A DNA stretch of 64,000 nt from Bacteroidales bacterium (lineage in GTDB: Bacteria > Bacteroidota > Bacteroidia > Bacteroidales > P3). The stretch is from assembly GCA_017509045.1 (NCBI GenBank), contig JAFWQP010000044.1, forward strand, positions 1,499-65,498. Direction: 5' to 3'. Each line of letters starts with the position of its first letter. Position 1 is the first letter of the stretch. The notes under the pieces were generated by a model, which was not told the origin of the DNA, searched no databases, and was given only the letters and a program-made list of their open reading frames with translations. A program made the translations under genes and the position numbers. Below are positions 63,218 through 64,000 of the stretch, piece by piece.

Positions 63218-64000
63218 ATGAAAGATTTGAAATTCAGTATTTTATTTATTGTGCTATTGATGCTGATGGGTGAAGCTTTGGGGCAAGGTACGTATAACGA
63301 AATATTGTCGACACCCGAAAGCACGGAAGCAACCAAGTCAATCACCCGAGCATGGGGAGACAATGCGCAGATAACATATATCGAGGATATAGAATACGCC
63401 CCATTCTATCCGGATGTGATAAATAGTATCACGGCCAAGTTTGTGTATTACGACCCGACCGAAGAAAACGAATACAAGGTGGCTGAGTTTGACAATAGCC
63501 TTTGGCCGAGAGTAACGGATATGGAAGTATTGGAGGATACGCTCTACTTCTGCGGGTATGCGAACGTGGCTGCGTCAAGCACTTCGCCACAATACTTAGG
63601 TTACATCGGCTATTTCTGCATTCCGCAACTGTTTGGCGGCACAGATTTTATTCATGTGCTTACATTTAACCAGCAACCAGGTACGCCTGACGCGCCTTCA
63701 TATTGGTTCGTAAATGAGCCCTGCAAGATTGAAGTATTCAAGGTTTCCAATGGTATCCATGCCATTTGTACTGGGGGGTGGAGCACCTCACGGGGTTCTC
63801 TTTTTAGTGGAGGTCAATTCGTGGCAGACGTAGTGCATGAATTTTCAACAGGCGACTGGTGGTACTATATTCATCGAGGAGATGGGACGGAAATATTCTC
63901 TGATGTGGCGGTAACAGACAATTATGTCATGACCGTCGCACCAAAAGCCACGCTAAAACATTTATATATGAGGGTGTTCACCAAGCCCCAGAGTGTGAGC
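63218..64000 (+). CDS. Secreted protein of unknown function. The 3' end runs off the right edge
   Basis: Absent from the ORF track because there is no stop. My translation MKDLKFSILFIVLLMLMGEALGQGTYNEILSTPESTEATKS... stays open for 261 codons to position 64000. Confidence 0.6.
   Translation, partial: MKDLKFSILFIVLLMLMGEALGQGTYNEILSTPESTEATKSITRAWGDNAQITYIEDIEYAPFYPDVINSITAKFVYYDPTEENEYKVAEFDNSLWPRVTDMEVLEDTLYFCGYANVAASSTSPQYLGYIGYFCIPQLFGGTDFIHVLTFNQQPGTPDAPSYWFVNEPCKIEVFKVSNGIHAICTGGWSTSRGSLFSGGQFVADVVHEFSTGDWWYYIHRGDGTEIFSDVAVTDNYVMTVAPKATLKHLYMRVFTKPQSVS

Overview
About 64 kb of a Bacteroidota (Bacteroidales-like) chromosome. This is supported by TAnnTTTG -7 promoter boxes, a T9SS C-terminal sorting domain, many lipoproteins, and core genes at roughly 50-55% GC. 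Housekeeping genes recognised from the translations are atpD-atpC, dprA, pyrE, hpt, folC, pruA, fabG, gap, mtgA, xerD, an MsrA-GAF fusion and a UmuC-like Y-family polymerase. Also present are two FGE/SUMF1-domain proteins, an AsmA-like giant, TPR and outer-membrane barrel proteins, and a 1528-aa modular T9SS surface protein. I saw no rRNA, tRNA or CRISPR array. The main finding is a sharply AT-rich island at 46.3-61.8 kb (32-37% GC in my spot counts of 60-nt lines, against about 55% in the flank). It holds 16 tightly packed minus-strand genes. These include a DnaK-like Hsp70, an adjacent GrpE-like coiled-coil protein, a 944-aa protein with two SpoVK/CbxX/EccA-type AAA+ modules and two paralogous coiled-coil proteins. 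They also include an orphan NrdG-like radical SAM activase, four zinc-ribbon proteins (one with an FHA-like domain, one frameshifted) and several small membrane proteins. A transposase remnant sits at one edge. I cannot match this gene set to any named system from memory, and I propose it as a candidate undescribed chaperone-centred conflict or remodelling system. The second theme is a dispersed composite repeat family: GAGAATT heptamer arms with a CCCCTC..GAGGGG hairpin core. Its stems are strand-specific because of G:U pairing, and copies sit in frame inside three CDSs (including folC and the T9SS protein), much like Rickettsia palindromic elements. Other items are a 194-bp MITE-like element with TTA duplications, exactly phased 10-bp and 11-bp repeat arrays, and a 1.45-kb ORF-poor structured spacer. 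Coordinates of non-ORF features come from manual counting anchored on ORF-track boundaries and may be off by a base or two. No database search or computation was possible.
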